From the human T2T-CHM13v2.0 reference genome, Homo sapiens: DNA of 64,000 nt. The translations under genes and the position numbers were made by a program. The stretch lies in the NCBI RefSeq assembly GCF_009914755.1, contig NC_060947.1. One strand, 5' to 3'. Below the pieces are notes generated by a model. That model ran no database searches, was not told where the DNA came from, and saw only the letters and a program-made list of their open reading frames with translations. Positions 63,308 through 64,000 of this stretch are shown piece after piece. Position 1 is the first letter of the stretch. Each line of letters starts with the position of its first letter.

Positions 63308-64000
63308 TTGGTTTCAAGGGTTAGTATGTGGAGACAATTCAAAAACTAGGTCCTGGTTATATCGCTGCTTGGCGGTGGTTACTGCCCAAGAGGCATTTGG
63401 TTGCAATACTACAAGTGTTCCTACATAGCCAGGAAACAGCAGCATTGTTGGCCTGAGATGCCAAAATGCCAGTGGCCAGGAAGCCCAGCAGAGGGCACAC
63501 TCTGCAGGGAGAAAGTAATCCTTGGAAAGGCTCTGCTCCTGTTTAGCTGGATAAATAGGACACTTTTTGCACTTCTGGGTTGCTCTGAATTTGTTGCATC
63601 TTAGCTGGGATTCATGCAAGCCAGAGTAGCTCTTCAGGGACCTAGCATGGTCCCTGAAGACATTTTCATTTGTCACTCAGGACTCAGAACCTTCTTGCTC
63701 CATTAAAAAAAGGATTTATATAGTTACAACTAGTAGGCTGAAATCCTTCCGTCCCCTGCAGAATAGAGTTGAGTAAAAACACACATACCTTTTTGGCCGA
63801 TGTCCATGGCTTGTGGAATGGGGTGGGGTGAGGGGAGAAAATATATATTCAATTAATGTTTCTAGCTTTTTTCATTGCAAATCTTTCTTGAAGTGTATTC
63901 TTCAAGAAAGACACCAGTCAGGGGGTCATGCTAGGCTGAGTTTTATATAGCAGCCCTCCAACTCTCAGAAAGCGATTTCCACCTTTTTCCTAAGGAAGAA

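Overview
Repeat-rich primate genomic DNA, recognisable as the human X-chromosome SLC25A14/GPR119 locus; an L1HS-Ta element supports human origin. The + strand carries the complete mitochondrial carrier gene SLC25A14 (UCP5/BMCP1). It has a CpG-island promoter at ~8.3-9.2 kb, a non-coding first exon, and ten coding exons from 9094 to 41749 that I spliced by hand into 978 nt (325 aa + stop). The convergent - strand carries the uninterrupted 335-aa GPCR ORF of GPR119 (53224-54231). The rest is mostly Alu, L1, MaLR LTR and DNA-transposon relics, and most entries in the ORF track are repeat artefacts. Most notable observations: (1) splice donors on both sides of the GPR119 ORF could share one downstream acceptor, so the receptor CDS could be spliced out to give a 52-aa microprotein (inference); (2) the last SLC25A14 intron is U12-type; (3) an in-frame exon derives from a sense-oriented Alu; (4) a young L1HS Ta-1 insertion upstream of GPR119 forms a ~1-kb inverted repeat with an older L1; (5) an apparent polyadenylated LTR-fragment/Alu chimeric retro-insertion. 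Exon coordinates were checked base by base. Repeat boundaries are approximate and subfamily names are from memory, not from a search.
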